Positions 62,795-64,000 of a stretch of DNA of 64,000 nt are shown here, piece by piece. This stretch comes from a virus: IMG/VR virus record IMGVR_UViG_3300031993_000003; one strand, given 5' to 3'. A program made the position numbers and the translations under genes. Positions within the stretch are counted from its first letter, which is position 1; each line of letters opens with the position of its first letter. Under the pieces are notes generated by a model that had not been told where the DNA came from, did not search any database, and saw only the letters and a list, made by a program, of their open reading frames with translations.

Positions 62795-62870
62795 AACGGG
62801 TATTCCTCCCGGAGATTGCCGGGAGCATCCCCCGGGGATACCCGGTGGGAATTACGGGAGGCTACCGGGA
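62795..62870 (-). promoter_or_regulatory. GC-rich upstream motif copy embedded in a ~70-bp repeat (copy 1 of 2).
   Basis: GTATTCCTCCCGGAGATTGCCGGGAGCATCCCCCGGGGATACCCGGTGGGAATTACGGGAGGCTACCGGG; the identical repeat recurs at 63465-63540. Confidence 0.5.
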
Positions 62871-62880
62871 GGAATCCGGG

Positions 62881-63443
62881 TTAATCGTCGGTGAAAACGG
62901 GTTCGATTTCCTCGAGGTCTTTGATTTTATCCTTGTCGTTGGTAATTTCGATGGAATTGAATGCCCATGAGCCTACCAGTGGGTCTTCCTTGTGGTAGTC
63001 GCCGCCACCGCGCCCGTTGCCGAGGGCGGTAAGGATAGAAACCGGGAATATGCACCATCCGTCCTTGTCCGAGGAGGCCTCCTTGTACTTCTTGAGGTCT
63101 ACGAACTGTTTCTTGTCGTGGTTGACGAGGTAGGCGTAGTCGTCGAGGGAGAAGCCATCGGGCGCGGGGTCGATGGGTTCGTCGATGTCCTCGTCCCATA
63201 CCCTGCCGTAGGAGAAGCCGAGTGCCTGGCATTCGTCTTCCTTTGCGTAGTCGCCGCACCAGCATACCTGGGTGGGTTTGTCGACGATGGAAGCGGCGAG
63301 CGCCTTGCAGACGCGGTTGTCCCACCAGGAGTGTTCGAGGAGCTTCGCCATGACGTAGCTGCCGTCGCCCTTGATGTTGCGGTCGTTGACGGTGAGCTTG
63401 CCGTCGGAAGTCTTGGTAACGATTTTGTAGTATTGGCCCATGA
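62881..63443 (-). CDS. Hypothetical protein (start MGQYYKIV…).
   Basis: AAAAGGAGAC ribosome-binding site before the ATG. Confidence 0.45.
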
Positions 63444-63464
63444 TTATGTCTCCTTTTGTTGTAT

Positions 63465-63540
63465 TGCAGGTATTCCTCCCGGAGATTGCCGGGAGCATCC
63501 CCCGGGGATACCCGGTGGGAATTACGGGAGGCTACCGGGT
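63465..63540 (-). promoter_or_regulatory. GC-rich upstream motif copy embedded in a ~70-bp repeat (copy 2 of 2).
   Basis: Near-identical to 62795-62870. Confidence 0.5.
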
Positions 63541-63575
63541 CCTGCCGGTGCCCCCGTCCTCACCCGGTGGGTCAG

Positions 63576-64000
63576 CTAGTAGTTCTCCGCTTCCTTCTTG
63601 GTACGGAAGAAGTGGATTCCGGTGGAACACTCGACGTTGTACGCGAGGTCGAAGTCCTTGACCTTTAAAATTTTTCCCGGAGTATAAGTGAACTCAGGGT
63701 CATGCCGGGAATGGAGTACCTTGCACTTACCCATGTCTAAATGGAGTACCTTGCACTTACCTATGTCTATTACCTTGGCGGTGTTCGTGCGGCACTTGGA
63801 ACCGTTGATGCAGAACACTACGGCACCCTTGGGGATTTCCAGGGTAATAACCACTCCTTCGGCAGTTGTCTTGTAGCCCTTAATGGGTTTGTCGAGGATG
63901 ATTCCCTTGCGGAATTCATCTTTAGGAGAAAGTGTCGTCCCGGAGAGGTTCGCCCCGGAGAGTGTCGCCCCGGCGAGGTCCGCCTGTCGGAGGTCCGCCC
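63576..64000 (-). CDS. Pentapeptide-repeat protein, 5'-partial (continues beyond the window end).
   Basis: Translating the minus strand from the window end gives ADLRQ-ADLAG-ATLSG-ANLSG-TTLS…, in frame with the listed ORF 63576-63854. Confidence 0.55.
   Translation of the reverse strand, partial: ADLRQADLAGATLSGANLSGTTLSPKDEFRKGIILDKPIKGYKTTAEGVVITLEIPKGAVVFCINGSKCRTNTAKVIDIGKCKVLHLDMGKCKVLHSRHDPEFTYTPGKILKVKDFDLAYNVECSTGIHFFRTKKEAENY

Overview
This window looks like a gene-dense, GC-rich (~58% in coding regions) segment of a large phage or mobile element whose host is probably a member of Bacteroidota. It shows four layers of features.

1. Coding organisation. Up to ~48.6 kb the genes run mostly on the + strand, and 15 of them (or gene groups) are preceded by the identical 13-mer TTTGCTATATTTG. 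This matches the Bacteroidota sigma-A '-7' box TAnnTTTG, and it is often fused to an upstream terminator hairpin. From ~49 kb to the end the genes run on the - strand and carry a different GC-rich upstream motif (CCACCGG-N5-7-CCGGGGGATGCTCCCGG, about 12 copies). A sigma-70-family sigma factor gene (51782-52552) lies in this block.

2. tRNA gene array, 21.4-28.9 kb. At least 18 tRNA genes sit here, none with an encoded CCA. Three are tRNA-Ala genes with a consistently bulged acceptor stem, and several tRNAs have C33. One tRNA-Met(CAU) carries a ~294-nt group-I-like intron. One tRNA-Gly(UCC) is split in its T-loop by a ~2-kb TnpB-only insertion element. Two homing-endonuclease-type genes (HNH; C2H2-ZnF + DUF559) also lie inside the array. 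Around it is an apparent tRNA maturation/repair toolkit: a T4-Pnk-like 5'-kinase, a separate HAD 3'-phosphatase-like gene, a CCA-adding enzyme and NAD-dependent DNA ligase LigA.

3. Mobile elements. There are two AT-rich IS607-like islands (MerR-HTH serine recombinase TnpA + TnpB) plus the solo TnpB element.

4. Other notable features: an ~850-bp repeat/iteron-rich non-coding region (60.7-61.55 kb), a vWA/AAA+ (CobT/CobS-like) pair, an FtsK-like ATPase next to RadC, a DNA adenine methyltransferase, a pentapeptide-repeat protein at the window edge, and a recent tandem duplication of a small gene.

All calls were made by reading the sequence manually. tRNA folds and domain assignments should be confirmed with tRNAscan-SE, Infernal and HMM searches.
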